This document shows positions 9,368 through 18,189 of a stretch of 64,000 bases of DNA, piece by piece (the first letter of the stretch is position 1; the number at the start of each line of letters is the position of its first letter). The stretch is from an uncultured Candidatus Saccharibacteria bacterium (lineage in GTDB: Bacteria; Patescibacteriota; Minisyncoccia; Minisyncoccales; CAZVLR01), in the NCBI GenBank assembly GCA_964628095.1, contig CAZVLR010000002.1, positions 12,795 to 76,794 on the forward strand, read 5' to 3'. The notes under the pieces were generated by a model. The model was given only the letters and a program-made list of their open reading frames with translations, was not told where the DNA came from and made no database searches. A program made the translations under genes and the position numbers.

Positions 9368-9454
9368 TTTTTCTTTGGAGATTCTCTGAAAAAAGCTTAA
9401 AATTAGAATAAGGGGTTGTAGGATTATAAACCAGAGCTTTAATTCCATTGTAAA

Positions 9455-10366
9455 ATGTCCAAGGCTAAACCGGTTAAAACTAAATCTTTTTCAATTGAAG
9501 AAAAGGACCGTCTAACAAAAATTCACCAAGGCATTGTTAGGGGGCGTTGGTTTTGGATAATAATTTTAGGCCTTAGCAGCGTTTCTTTGGTTATTACCCG
9601 CAAGATGAGTGCTATTCCCCTTTTTTCCTCTTATCACCCCAAAGAAAATGTTGGTTTTTATTTAATCACTCTTTTTTTGGTTTTTTATAATTTTCTTTTC
9701 TGGCTTTATTTAAAGCAAGGTGAAAAATGCACTGAAAAAGGCTTGAACAATTTAAGATATTTGCAGGTCGGTTGCGACCTGGCCCTGGTTACGGCTTTGT
9801 ATAATTTAATCGGTGGCATTGATAACCCCACCCTTTTGCTTTACTTGGTACCTATTTTAGTGTCAATCATGCTTTTTAGTGCAAAAGGCGTGTTTATTGT
9901 TACCACTTTAAGTTTGCATTTAGCTGTGTTTATTACCTTAGCCGAACATTTTGGCCTAATCGTCCATAAGTTTCGCTATCTTATCCCAATAGGAATTTTC
10001 GGCAACCTACCCATCACGCTTTATTTTTTAACAACTTTTGCCCTTTCTCTTTACGGTGCCTCTATTTTTGCTAATTTTTTAGCCGATATTTTATCACAGA
10101 AAGAAAAAAAATTGAGGGAAAAAACATCTCAAATGGAAGAAGTTAATACGATTTTGGAAATTAAGGTTCAAGCCAGAACCAGGGCCATGCAGGATTTAAC
10201 AGACTCCTTGGAACAGCAGGTTAAAGTAAGAACGGAAGAACTAGAGGGGAAGATAAAAGAAGTGGAACGGTTTAATAAATTGGCCAGCGGGCGCGAAATG
10301 AAGCTTTTGGAATTGGAAAAAGAAATTAAAACATTAAAAGATGAGTTAAAAACCGCCATATCATAA
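9455..10366 (+). CDS. membrane protein: about 6 TM helices plus a C-terminal coiled coil (signalling-helix-like), no output domain
   Basis: Six hydrophobic segments, followed by LEIKVQARTRAM...VKVRTEELEGKIKEVERFNKLASGREMKLLELEKEIKTLK. Paralog of the next gene. Confidence 0.75.
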   Translation: MSKAKPVKTKSFSIEEKDRLTKIHQGIVRGRWFWIIILGLSSVSLVITRKMSAIPLFSSYHPKENVGFYLITLFLVFYNFLFWLYLKQGEKCTEKGLNNLRYLQVGCDLALVTALYNLIGGIDNPTLLLYLVPILVSIMLFSAKGVFIVTTLSLHLAVFITLAEHFGLIVHKFRYLIPIGIFGNLPITLYFLTTFALSLYGASIFANFLADILSQKEKKLREKTSQMEEVNTILEIKVQARTRAMQDLTDSLEQQVKVRTEELEGKIKEVERFNKLASGREMKLLELEKEIKTLKDELKTAIS

Positions 10367-10380
10367 GCATTTTTAATTTA

Positions 10381-11259
10381 ATGTCAGAAGAGCTACAAAA
10401 AAATAATCAGGAAGAAAAAATCAGGCTTTTGGCTATTCATAAGAATGTGTTTTGGGGCCGGCTTTTGTGGACGTTACTTTTTTGCGGCATCGGGCCTTCG
10501 GTGATGATAATTAAAAAACTTACTTCTACCCCGGCTTTTGTTCAGCAAAGAATGACCGGAAACTATTTTGCCCTGGCCTTTGTTTTATTGTACAGTTTTT
10601 CCTTTTGGCTTTATTTAAGAAGGGGCGAAAAATGCACCGAAAAGGGTTTGAATATTTTAAGATATTTCCAAGTCGGTTGTGATTTAGTTTTTTCGCTGTT
10701 TCTTTTTTACAACGTTGGAGGAATTGACAGCCCGGCCTTCTTTCTTTTTTTATTGCCCTTTTTTGTTGGGACCATATTTTTTAAATTAAAAGGAGTTTTA
10801 TTAATTACCACCCTAATACTTGTTTTTAGTTCGGGCATTGTTTTTTTGGAATATTACGGCATTCTTTTTCACCAGTCGCATTATTTGACAAATACGGGTA
10901 TTTTTATCCATTTACCCATTACCATTTATTTTTTATTCACCCAAGCCTTTGTTCTTTATGGTGCTGCTGTTTTTGCCGGCGTCTTGGCCAATGTTTTAGA
11001 CCGGCAAGAGAAAAAATTAAAGGAAAAGAATTTATCACTAGAAGAAGCAAAGTCTTCTTTGGAGGTAAAAGTTGTGGACCGGGAGAAATCGTTAAAAGAG
11101 CTGGCTATTTCCTTAGAAGATCAGGTTTTAGCCCGAGTTAAAGAACTGGAAAACAAAATGTTAGAATTGGAGAATTTTAACAAGTTAGTAGTCGAAAGGG
11201 AGTTAAAAATGATAGAATTAAAAAAGAAGATAAAAGACTTTAAAAGGCAATTAGAATAA
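10381..11259 (+). CDS. paralogous membrane plus coiled-coil protein, no output domain
   Basis: Shares LYL(K/R)xGEKCTEKGLNxLRY(L/F)QVGCDL (22 of 26 identical by eye) and the FNKLxxxRE(M/L)K(L/M)(L/I)ELxKxIK tail with the 9455 gene. Confidence 0.75.
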   Translation: MSEELQKNNQEEKIRLLAIHKNVFWGRLLWTLLFCGIGPSVMIIKKLTSTPAFVQQRMTGNYFALAFVLLYSFSFWLYLRRGEKCTEKGLNILRYFQVGCDLVFSLFLFYNVGGIDSPAFFLFLLPFFVGTIFFKLKGVLLITTLILVFSSGIVFLEYYGILFHQSHYLTNTGIFIHLPITIYFLFTQAFVLYGAAVFAGVLANVLDRQEKKLKEKNLSLEEAKSSLEVKVVDREKSLKELAISLEDQVLARVKELENKMLELENFNKLVVERELKMIELKKKIKDFKRQLE

Positions 11260-11260
11260 A

Positions 11261-11869
11261 ATGAGCGAAAACATTTCCTTAAAACAAGAAGCAGACAGGC
11301 TTTTAAAAATTCCCGGTAACGTTAAAGGGGTGGTTTTTCAAACACATTATAAATATATTTTGTATCGTACTGGCGAAGAGGGGGTAAAAACCGTTGAGGC
11401 TAAATTAGAAGAATTGGGCCATCCGTTGAAGTTCAAAGAAATTAAATCTTGGCTTTGGTATTCAGAGGGCCTCGATGTTTTAATATTTTTAATTTTAAAA
11501 GACATTTTTAATTGGGATGATTCCGATATTTTTGACATGGGAACTTCAGCGCCCAAATACTCTTTTATTGTCGGTACCCTTTTAAAAACTTTCATTTCAC
11601 CCAAGAAGTTTTTTGAAGAAACGCCAAAGTATTGGGAAAAGCATTATAGTTTTGGGCAGATGGAGGCCCTAGAAATAAACGAAGATCAAAAATATGCCAC
11701 AGTTCGGATTAAAGACTATAATTTTCATCCAATTAGCTGTATTTATTTTAAGGGTTATTTTACCCGAATCGGACAATTTATTATTAAAACCAATAATTTT
11801 CAGGTAGAAGAGAAAAAGTGCGTTCATCGGGGCGATACTTACCACGAATTTTTATTAACTTGGGAATAA
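11261..11869 (+). CDS. soluble hypothetical protein, possibly a ligand-binding sensor module (H-NOX/DUF2378-like by gross layout only)
   Basis: 202 aa with no TM segment, tightly coupled between the membrane paralogs (1-nt gap) and the histidine kinase (6-nt gap). The H-NOX YxSxR motif is absent. The family call is weak. Confidence 0.5.
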   Translation: MSENISLKQEADRLLKIPGNVKGVVFQTHYKYILYRTGEEGVKTVEAKLEELGHPLKFKEIKSWLWYSEGLDVLIFLILKDIFNWDDSDIFDMGTSAPKYSFIVGTLLKTFISPKKFFEETPKYWEKHYSFGQMEALEINEDQKYATVRIKDYNFHPISCIYFKGYFTRIGQFIIKTNNFQVEEKKCVHRGDTYHEFLLTWE

Positions 11870-11875
11870 ATAATT

Positions 11876-13534
11876 ATGCCAGAGGATATAAAATTAAAAG
11901 AAAAATATCAGGAATTGCAGGAATCTTTCGAAGATTTGCAGCTTTATTTTGAGCAATTCACCACTTTTTTGCCAATTGCCGTTTGTAGTATTACGCCCAT
12001 AGGAGTTATTATTAGTATTAATAAATTTTTTCAGGAATTAACCGATTATAATGAAATGGAAATTGTTGGTAGGCCAGTGGAAACGCTTTTTTTGGAAAAA
12101 GAACAAGGTAAAATGCTTACTCGGGAGGTAATTGACGGTGAAGTTGTTGAAAAAGAGTTGAATTTGATTAATAAAAAAGGCGAAAAGATTCCTGTAACGG
12201 TTTCTGCTTCTCTAAGAAAAGATAAAGAAGAAAACATTTTAGGTTATTTTTTAGCCATCATTGAAATTGTTAGGTTTAAAAAATTCCAAGAAGAGCTAGA
12301 AAAAAGGCTAAAGGAAAAAACTAAGGAATTAGAAGATCGGACCAAGGCATTAGAAAATTCTAGGGGCGGCCTGCTTAATATTTTAGAAGACATGGAGGAG
12401 TCTAAAAATAAAGAGGAGGAGGAAAAAAATAAAACCCTAGCTATTATTACTAATTTTGCCGACGGCCTTTTAGTTTTTGACGAACACAGTAAGCTATCTT
12501 TGATAAATTCGCAGGCCGAAAACTTTTTTAATGTTACAGCTAAAGAAACTTGCGAGCGATCAATTCCGGAGTTGATTAAATTTCCCAATTTATCGTTGTT
12601 GATCAATCTTTTAATCGATGTTTCTCAAAAAGAGGAGAATAAAGAAGACAAAAAAAACGATCAATCTAAATTTGAAATAAGGGAAATTTTTAGACGAGAA
12701 TTGTTGATAAAAGACGATCTGGTATTAGAGGTTTCCAGCATACCTCTTTTGAAAGATGATAAAAAAACTGGCGCGCTAGTGGTAATCCACGATATTACTA
12801 GGGAAAAAATGATTGAGGTAATGAAAACAGAATTTGTTTCTTTGGCGGCGCATCAGTTAAGAACCCCCTTGTCGGCAATTAAATGGACCTTAAAAATACT
12901 TTTAGATGGCGATTTGGGCGAATTGAATTCCGAGCAGCGTGATTTTATCGAAAAAACTTATAAATCCAACGAACGGATGATTGATTTAATAAATTCTTTA
13001 TTGGATGTGGCCAGAATTGAAGAAGGGCGTTATCTTTATAAGCCAGTTTTAACCGAAATAGAGCCCATTATTCAGTTTGTGGTTAATTCCTACAAGGACG
13101 AAGTAGCTAATAAAAAAATTAACTTTGAATATTTAAAACCAAAGGAAAAAATGCCCAAAGTTTTGGTAGATGTGGAAAAAATCCGTTTGGTTATTCAGAA
13201 CTTTATTGAAAATGCCATTAATTATACGCCTGCGGGTGGTCAGGTGACAATTTCTTTAAAGCATGATAAGAAAGAAATAGAATTAATAATAAAAGATAGC
13301 GGCGTGGGCATACCCAAAGATCAGCAAGCCAGGGTTTTTACCAAGTTTTTTAGGGCCGCCAATGTAATGCGTTTGGAGACCACCGGAACAGGCTTGGGAC
13401 TTTTTATCTCAAAAAACATTGTTGAGGCCCATCAGGGGCGAATATGGTTTGAATCGGAGGAAAAGAAAGGTACCACTTTCCACTTTGCCCTACCTATTAA
13501 AACTGAATTCGACGAGTTTATCACCGGCTTTTAA
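11876..13534 (+). CDS. PAS-domain sensor histidine kinase (soluble)
   Basis: H-box SLAAHQLRTPLSAIKW, N-box ENAINYTPAGG, G1 DSGVGIP, G2 GTGLGLFIS. N-terminal PAS-like region and the coiled-coil linker KEKTKELEDRTKALENSRGGLLNILED. Confidence 0.9.
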   Translation: MPEDIKLKEKYQELQESFEDLQLYFEQFTTFLPIAVCSITPIGVIISINKFFQELTDYNEMEIVGRPVETLFLEKEQGKMLTREVIDGEVVEKELNLINKKGEKIPVTVSASLRKDKEENILGYFLAIIEIVRFKKFQEELEKRLKEKTKELEDRTKALENSRGGLLNILEDMEESKNKEEEEKNKTLAIITNFADGLLVFDEHSKLSLINSQAENFFNVTAKETCERSIPELIKFPNLSLLINLLIDVSQKEENKEDKKNDQSKFEIREIFRRELLIKDDLVLEVSSIPLLKDDKKTGALVVIHDITREKMIEVMKTEFVSLAAHQLRTPLSAIKWTLKILLDGDLGELNSEQRDFIEKTYKSNERMIDLINSLLDVARIEEGRYLYKPVLTEIEPIIQFVVNSYKDEVANKKINFEYLKPKEKMPKVLVDVEKIRLVIQNFIENAINYTPAGGQVTISLKHDKKEIELIIKDSGVGIPKDQQARVFTKFFRAANVMRLETTGTGLGLFISKNIVEAHQGRIWFESEEKKGTTFHFALPIKTEFDEFITGF

Positions 13535-13574
13535 TTTTTAATAAAAAGTAGTATAATATTAAAGACATAACAAT

Positions 13575-13946
13575 ATGGCCAAAAAAATTTTACTTATCGA
13601 AGACGAAGAAATTTTATTAAATTTGCTTGATAAAAAACTGCAGGAAGCCGGTTACGATGTAACCGTTGCTCGGGATGGCCAAGAGGGCCTAGAAACAATG
13701 AAAAGTTCCCGACCCGATCTTATTTTATTGGACATTGTAATGCCCAAAATGGGCGGCTTTGAAGTAATGGAAGAAATGAACAAAGATGAACAACTTAAGA
13801 AAATTCCAGTTGTTATTGTTTCCAACTCCGGTCAGCCAGTAGAGATTGATCGAGCCAAAGCATTGGGCGCTAAAGATTGGCTGATTAAAACTGAATTTGA
13901 TCCACAGGAAGTAATTGAAAAAGTAATAAAACAAATAGGAAAATAA
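13575..13946 (+). CDS. single-domain response regulator (receiver only)
   Basis: KILLIEDEE, phospho-acceptor context LILLDIVMP, and VIVSNS...K. 123 aa with no output domain. Confidence 0.9.
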   Translation: MAKKILLIEDEEILLNLLDKKLQEAGYDVTVARDGQEGLETMKSSRPDLILLDIVMPKMGGFEVMEEMNKDEQLKKIPVVIVSNSGQPVEIDRAKALGAKDWLIKTEFDPQEVIEKVIKQIGK

Positions 13947-13974
13947 TTTCAATAAATTTATACAATTTATTTTT

Positions 13975-14343
13975 ATGGCAAAAAAAATCTTAATTATCGA
14001 AGACGATAAATTTTTAAGAGAGCTTATCGCCAAGAAGCTTACTAAGGAAATGTATGATACGGTTGAGGCGGTGGACGGCGAAGAGGGCATTAAAACTGTA
14101 AAAGAGGAAAAGCCTGATTTGGTGCTTTTGGATTTAATTTTGCCAGGCGCCGATGGTTTTGAGGTTTTGGGTAAAATGAAAGAAGATCCGGCGTTATCCC
14201 AAATCCCAGTGATTATTCTTTCCAATCTTGGACAAAAAGAAGACATTGAAAAAGGCTTGAAGTTAGGAGCAGTTGATTATATGATCAAGGCCCATTTTAC
14301 TCCGCAGGAAATTGTCGATAAAATTAGGACGATTTTAAAATAA
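13975..14343 (+). CDS. single-domain response regulator (receiver only)
   Basis: KILIIEDDK, LVLLDLILP, VIILSNLG...K. 122 aa with no output domain. Confidence 0.9.
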   Translation: MAKKILIIEDDKFLRELIAKKLTKEMYDTVEAVDGEEGIKTVKEEKPDLVLLDLILPGADGFEVLGKMKEDPALSQIPVIILSNLGQKEDIEKGLKLGAVDYMIKAHFTPQEIVDKIRTILK

Positions 14344-14371
14344 GATCTGTTTAATTTCATAATGTAAAAAC

Positions 14372-14405
14372 ATCCCCAATTTTTTATTATCTTTGGGGAT
14401 TTTTT
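14372..14405 (+). terminator. rho-independent terminator after the receiver genes
   Basis: ATCCCCAA (14372-14379) pairs with TTGGGGAT (14393-14400), followed by TTTTT. Confidence 0.6.
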
Positions 14406-14423
14406 AATCAAAAATTTAACTAC

Positions 14424-15986
14424 ATGGCTTTGGATAGCTTGTCAGAACAATATTATTTAAAAATTGGGAAAGCTTCAGATTTGAAGATTTTTAAAGAAAG
14501 GCTAATTTACCGTCTTTTGGAAATTTTACCTGGGTTTTTAAGTTGGTTGACGCTTTTTTTAATTTTATTTTTTTCCTGGAAAGAACCGGTTTGGGTGTCT
14601 GTTTTTGTCATCATGTTTGTTATTTACTGGCTTTTTCGTACCATTTATCTTTCTTTTCACCTTTGGTCTGGCTACAAGCGCATGATTATTCACGAGAAGG
14701 AAAACTGGATTCAGAGATTAAAAGATTTTAAAGCTCAAGACTGGCGGGGCATTTATCATTTGGTGGTACTGCCTTTTTATTACGAGCCCTTGGATATTAT
14801 TAGGGAGAGCCTTAAAGCTTTAAGTAATTCTGACTATCCAAAAGACAGAATGATAGTGGTTTTGGCCGGGGAGGAGCGGGCGGGAGAAGGTGGTAAGATG
14901 GTAGCTAGAATCCTTGAGAGTGAATTCAAAGATGTTTTTTTTAAATTCTTGGTAACTTGGCACCCGGTTAATTTAAAAGGCGAGATTATCGGGAAAGGAG
15001 CTAATGAAAGCTGGGCCACCAGGCGGGTTAAAGAATTGATCATTGATCAACTTAATATTGATTACAAAAACATTATAGTTTCTTCTTTAGATGCCGACAC
15101 GGTTGTTTTTTCCGGGTATTTGAGTTGTTTGACGTATCATTATTTAACGGCAAAAAAACCAGATCGAACATCTTTTCAGCCCATTCCTCTTTTTATTAAT
15201 AATATTTGGCAGGCGCCTTTTCTTTCAAGAATTTTCGCTTTTTCTTCTACCTTCTGGCACATTATGACTCAAGAAAGGCCGGAGAAAATGATTACCTTTT
15301 CTTCGCATTCGATGAGCTTTAAGGCTTTAGTCGACGTTGATTTCAGGCAAGTTAATGTGGTATCGGACGATTCGCGGATTTTCTGGCAGTGCTTTTTAAG
15401 GTACGACGGCGATTATCAGGTGCTGCCTCTTTATTACCCCATTTCTATGGATGCCAACGTTTCAGTTAATTTAAAACAAACCATCATTAACCTTTATAAG
15501 CAGCAGCGAAGGTGGGCATATGGCGTGGCCGATATTCCCTATTTTCTTTTCGGCTTTTTAAAAAATAAAAAGATTCCCCTTAATAAGAAATTTTCTTTGA
15601 GCATGGAGCTGATTGAAGGACATTGGTCTTGGGCTACGGCCTCGATGATGATTTTTCTTTTGGGCTGGATGCCGATTATTTTGGGTGGACCGTCTTTTTC
15701 ACAAAGCTTACTATCCTTTAGTGTGCCCAAAATTACTAGTCAGATTTTAACTATTGGAATGATCGGCTTGGTTGTTTCGGCTTATTTCAGCCTGATTTTA
15801 CTGCCGCCCAAGCCGCCAAAATATGGAAGATTCAAATATGTTTTTTTTGCCGTTGGCTGGCTATTAGTGCCGGTTATTATGGTTTTTTTCACCTCCATAC
15901 CTGCCTTTGAAGCCCAAACCAGATTAATGGTGGGTAAATATTTGAGTTTTTGGCCAACAGAAAAGATAAGGAAAAAGAAATATTAA
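14424..15986 (+). CDS. membrane-embedded family-2 glycosyltransferase (processive synthase-like)
   Basis: N- and C-terminal TM segments flank a GT-A domain with SSLDADT and the QQRRW (QxxRW) motif. Confidence 0.75.
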   Translation: MALDSLSEQYYLKIGKASDLKIFKERLIYRLLEILPGFLSWLTLFLILFFSWKEPVWVSVFVIMFVIYWLFRTIYLSFHLWSGYKRMIIHEKENWIQRLKDFKAQDWRGIYHLVVLPFYYEPLDIIRESLKALSNSDYPKDRMIVVLAGEERAGEGGKMVARILESEFKDVFFKFLVTWHPVNLKGEIIGKGANESWATRRVKELIIDQLNIDYKNIIVSSLDADTVVFSGYLSCLTYHYLTAKKPDRTSFQPIPLFINNIWQAPFLSRIFAFSSTFWHIMTQERPEKMITFSSHSMSFKALVDVDFRQVNVVSDDSRIFWQCFLRYDGDYQVLPLYYPISMDANVSVNLKQTIINLYKQQRRWAYGVADIPYFLFGFLKNKKIPLNKKFSLSMELIEGHWSWATASMMIFLLGWMPIILGGPSFSQSLLSFSVPKITSQILTIGMIGLVVSAYFSLILLPPKPPKYGRFKYVFFAVGWLLVPVIMVFFTSIPAFEAQTRLMVGKYLSFWPTEKIRKKKY

Positions 15987-18074
15987 TTATTCCAAATGGA
16001 TTCTTTCTCCAAAATTCTTCAAGCCCTCTTTTAAAGAGGGGTGTTTTTTAAAACTAGGATCTGATTTTATCATTTCTTTAGCGGCTTCTTGGGTTTTTTC
16101 CACTAATAAAACATCAGTTAAAGAAGCCATGGTTAGGTCGGGAATGCCCCACTGTCTAATGCCATCAAGCGAGCCCGGGCCGCGAATTGCTAAATCTTTT
16201 TCAGCCAATTTGAAGCCATCTTCGGAGGATACCACAGCCTTCAATCTTTGGCTGGTTTTTGAAACCGGTGAATCGGTAAAAAGTAGGCAATAAGATTGAT
16301 GCTTTGATCTTCCTACCCGGCCCCGGAATTGGTGCAGTTGAGCCAGGCCAAATCTTTCAGCGTCTTCGATCATCATGACGGTGGCGTTAGGTATGTCAAC
16401 TCCTACTTCCACTACCGAGGTGGATACGAGAATATTGATTTCTCCCCTTTTAAAATTATTCATAACAGCTTCTTTTTCGGAAGACTTCATTTTTCCGTGA
16501 AGCATGGCAATTTTTAAGTCAGGAAAAACAACCTCTGAAAGTTTTTGGTATTCTTCCTTTACCGCTTTTACTTCGGCCCAAGAAGTAAGCCGGGCGCTTG
16601 CTTCAATGCGCGGACAGATGACAAAAATCTGATAGCCCAATTTCACCTGTTCTTTTATAAATTGATAAGCCATGGTTCTTTTTTCTGGGCCAACGATTTG
16701 GGTGAATATTTTTTTTCTACCCTGAGGTAGTTCGTTAATAATCGATAAATCCAGGTCGCCAAAAATAGTTAGAGTTAGGGTGCGGGGGATGGGGGTGGCC
16801 GTCATTGATAATAAGTGGGGAATGAATTTTTTCTGCTGGCAAAGGTGAGCCCGTTGTTGAACGCCAAAACGGTGTTGTTCATCCAGAATTACCAGGGCCA
16901 AATTATCGAATTTTATTTCTTTTTGAATTAAGGCATGAGTGCCAATGAGAATGTCCAACTCCCCGCTTTTTATTTTCTCTAACAGCTTCTTTCTGGTGCT
17001 GATTACAATTTCTTTTAGATCTTTTGAAAACAGGCGGTTATCTTTTCCGGTAACCAGGCCAATACTTACGTTAAAATCTTTTAATAATTCAAAAACCGTT
17101 TTAAAATGCTGTTTGGCCAGAATTTCGGTTGGCGCCATAAAGGCTGTTTGGTAGCCGGTTTTTACCGTATTTAAAGCAGCCATTGTGGCTACTACAGTTT
17201 TACCTGATCCCACATCTCCCTCGAGCAGCCTGTTCATGGGTCGCGGTTTTTCCAAATCTTTTAAAATCTGCCAGCCGGTTTTTTTCTGAGCATTGGTTAG
17301 TGGCCAAGGTAGACGTTTTACAAAATCTTTGATTAACTCCAGCTGAATGGGTAGAGCAATTGCCTTTTGGGCTTTAATTTTTTGCCTTTCCTTTTGTACA
17401 AAGAGCGAGATAAAAAACAGTTCTTCAAAGGAAAAGCGATCTTCCGCTTTTTTTGCCAGACCTTTGGAATCGGGAAAATGCACCTGCCAAAGCGCCTGGC
17501 TTAGGGGAATTAAGGAGAATTTTTTTAAAAATTCTGGTGGTAGCGGATCGGTTATACTGTTTTTTAAATTGGTTAAAATCGGCTTTATAATAAACCTAAG
17601 CCAGCGAGAAGATAGTCCGGCGGTTTCTGGGTACATTGGTACAATGCGGCCGGTGTGGGTTAAGTCGGCCGAAAGCTTTTCGTAAATGGGGTTGGAAAAA
17701 TAAAAATCCTTTTCTTTTTTGATTAGTTTTCCGGCCAGGCAAATGCTGTCGCCCACTTTTAAGGTCTTGGTTAAATAGGGTTGGTTAAACCAGATTATTT
17801 TTAAGATTCCGGATTTATCCTGTATTATCCCTTGGGTGAGAAACATTCTTTTTTTCCAAGTTCTGATGTTTTTAATTTCAGTTATTGCTCCTTGTATGCA
17901 TGCGGCTTCGTTAAGCTGTAACCGGGAAATAGGAACAATATTAGAAAAGTCCTCATAGCGGTGGGGAAAGTGGTAAAGCAGATCCCGGACGTTTTTAATG
18001 CCCAGCCTTTTCAACTTTTTTTGGTAAGCCGGGCCGACCCGAGAAAGTTGTTCAACCGGGGTTGAAAGCTCCAT
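15987..18074 (-). CDS. recG: ATP-dependent DNA helicase RecG
   Basis: Walker A GDVGSGKT, DEQHRFG, the N-terminal wedge region VGPAYQKKLKRLGI..DLLYHFPHRYED, and helicase motif VI QLHQFRGRVGR. Confidence 0.95.
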   Translation of the reverse strand: MELSTPVEQLSRVGPAYQKKLKRLGIKNVRDLLYHFPHRYEDFSNIVPISRLQLNEAACIQGAITEIKNIRTWKKRMFLTQGIIQDKSGILKIIWFNQPYLTKTLKVGDSICLAGKLIKKEKDFYFSNPIYEKLSADLTHTGRIVPMYPETAGLSSRWLRFIIKPILTNLKNSITDPLPPEFLKKFSLIPLSQALWQVHFPDSKGLAKKAEDRFSFEELFFISLFVQKERQKIKAQKAIALPIQLELIKDFVKRLPWPLTNAQKKTGWQILKDLEKPRPMNRLLEGDVGSGKTVVATMAALNTVKTGYQTAFMAPTEILAKQHFKTVFELLKDFNVSIGLVTGKDNRLFSKDLKEIVISTRKKLLEKIKSGELDILIGTHALIQKEIKFDNLALVILDEQHRFGVQQRAHLCQQKKFIPHLLSMTATPIPRTLTLTIFGDLDLSIINELPQGRKKIFTQIVGPEKRTMAYQFIKEQVKLGYQIFVICPRIEASARLTSWAEVKAVKEEYQKLSEVVFPDLKIAMLHGKMKSSEKEAVMNNFKRGEINILVSTSVVEVGVDIPNATVMMIEDAERFGLAQLHQFRGRVGRSKHQSYCLLFTDSPVSKTSQRLKAVVSSEDGFKLAEKDLAIRGPGSLDGIRQWGIPDLTMASLTDVLLVEKTQEAAKEMIKSDPSFKKHPSLKEGLKNFGERIHLE

Positions 18075-18075
18075 G

Positions 18076-18148
18076 TGCCCTCGGCAGGAATCGAACCTGC
18101 AGTCTCAAGGTCCGCAACCTTGCATTTTATCCATTAAACTACGAGGGC
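18076..18148 (-). tRNA. tRNA-Arg (anticodon GCG)
   Basis: Acceptor GCCCTCG/CGAGGGC, anticodon stem CAAGG/CCTTG, loop TTGCGGA, T arm GCAGG-TTCGATT-CCTGC, discriminator A. CCA not encoded. 73 nt. Confidence 0.85.
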
Positions 18149-18159
18149 TGGTATTGTTA

Positions 18160-18188
18160 ATTCTAAAATAAAATTAAGCTTAATTCAA
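18160..18188 (-). promoter_or_regulatory. sigma70-like promoter for tRNA-Arg(GCG)/recG
   Basis: Minus strand reads TTGAAT (18188-18183), 17 nt, TAGAAT (18165-18160). The tRNA 5' end lies 11 nt downstream. Confidence 0.5.
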
Positions 18189-18189
18189 G

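Noticed and set aside
9455-11259. Reading the two membrane/coiled-coil genes as a frameshifted or decayed single sensor kinase (pseudogene)
   Set aside because: Each has its own ATG, an intact full-length frame and a complete TM set. They are paralogs lying side by side, not two halves of one protein.
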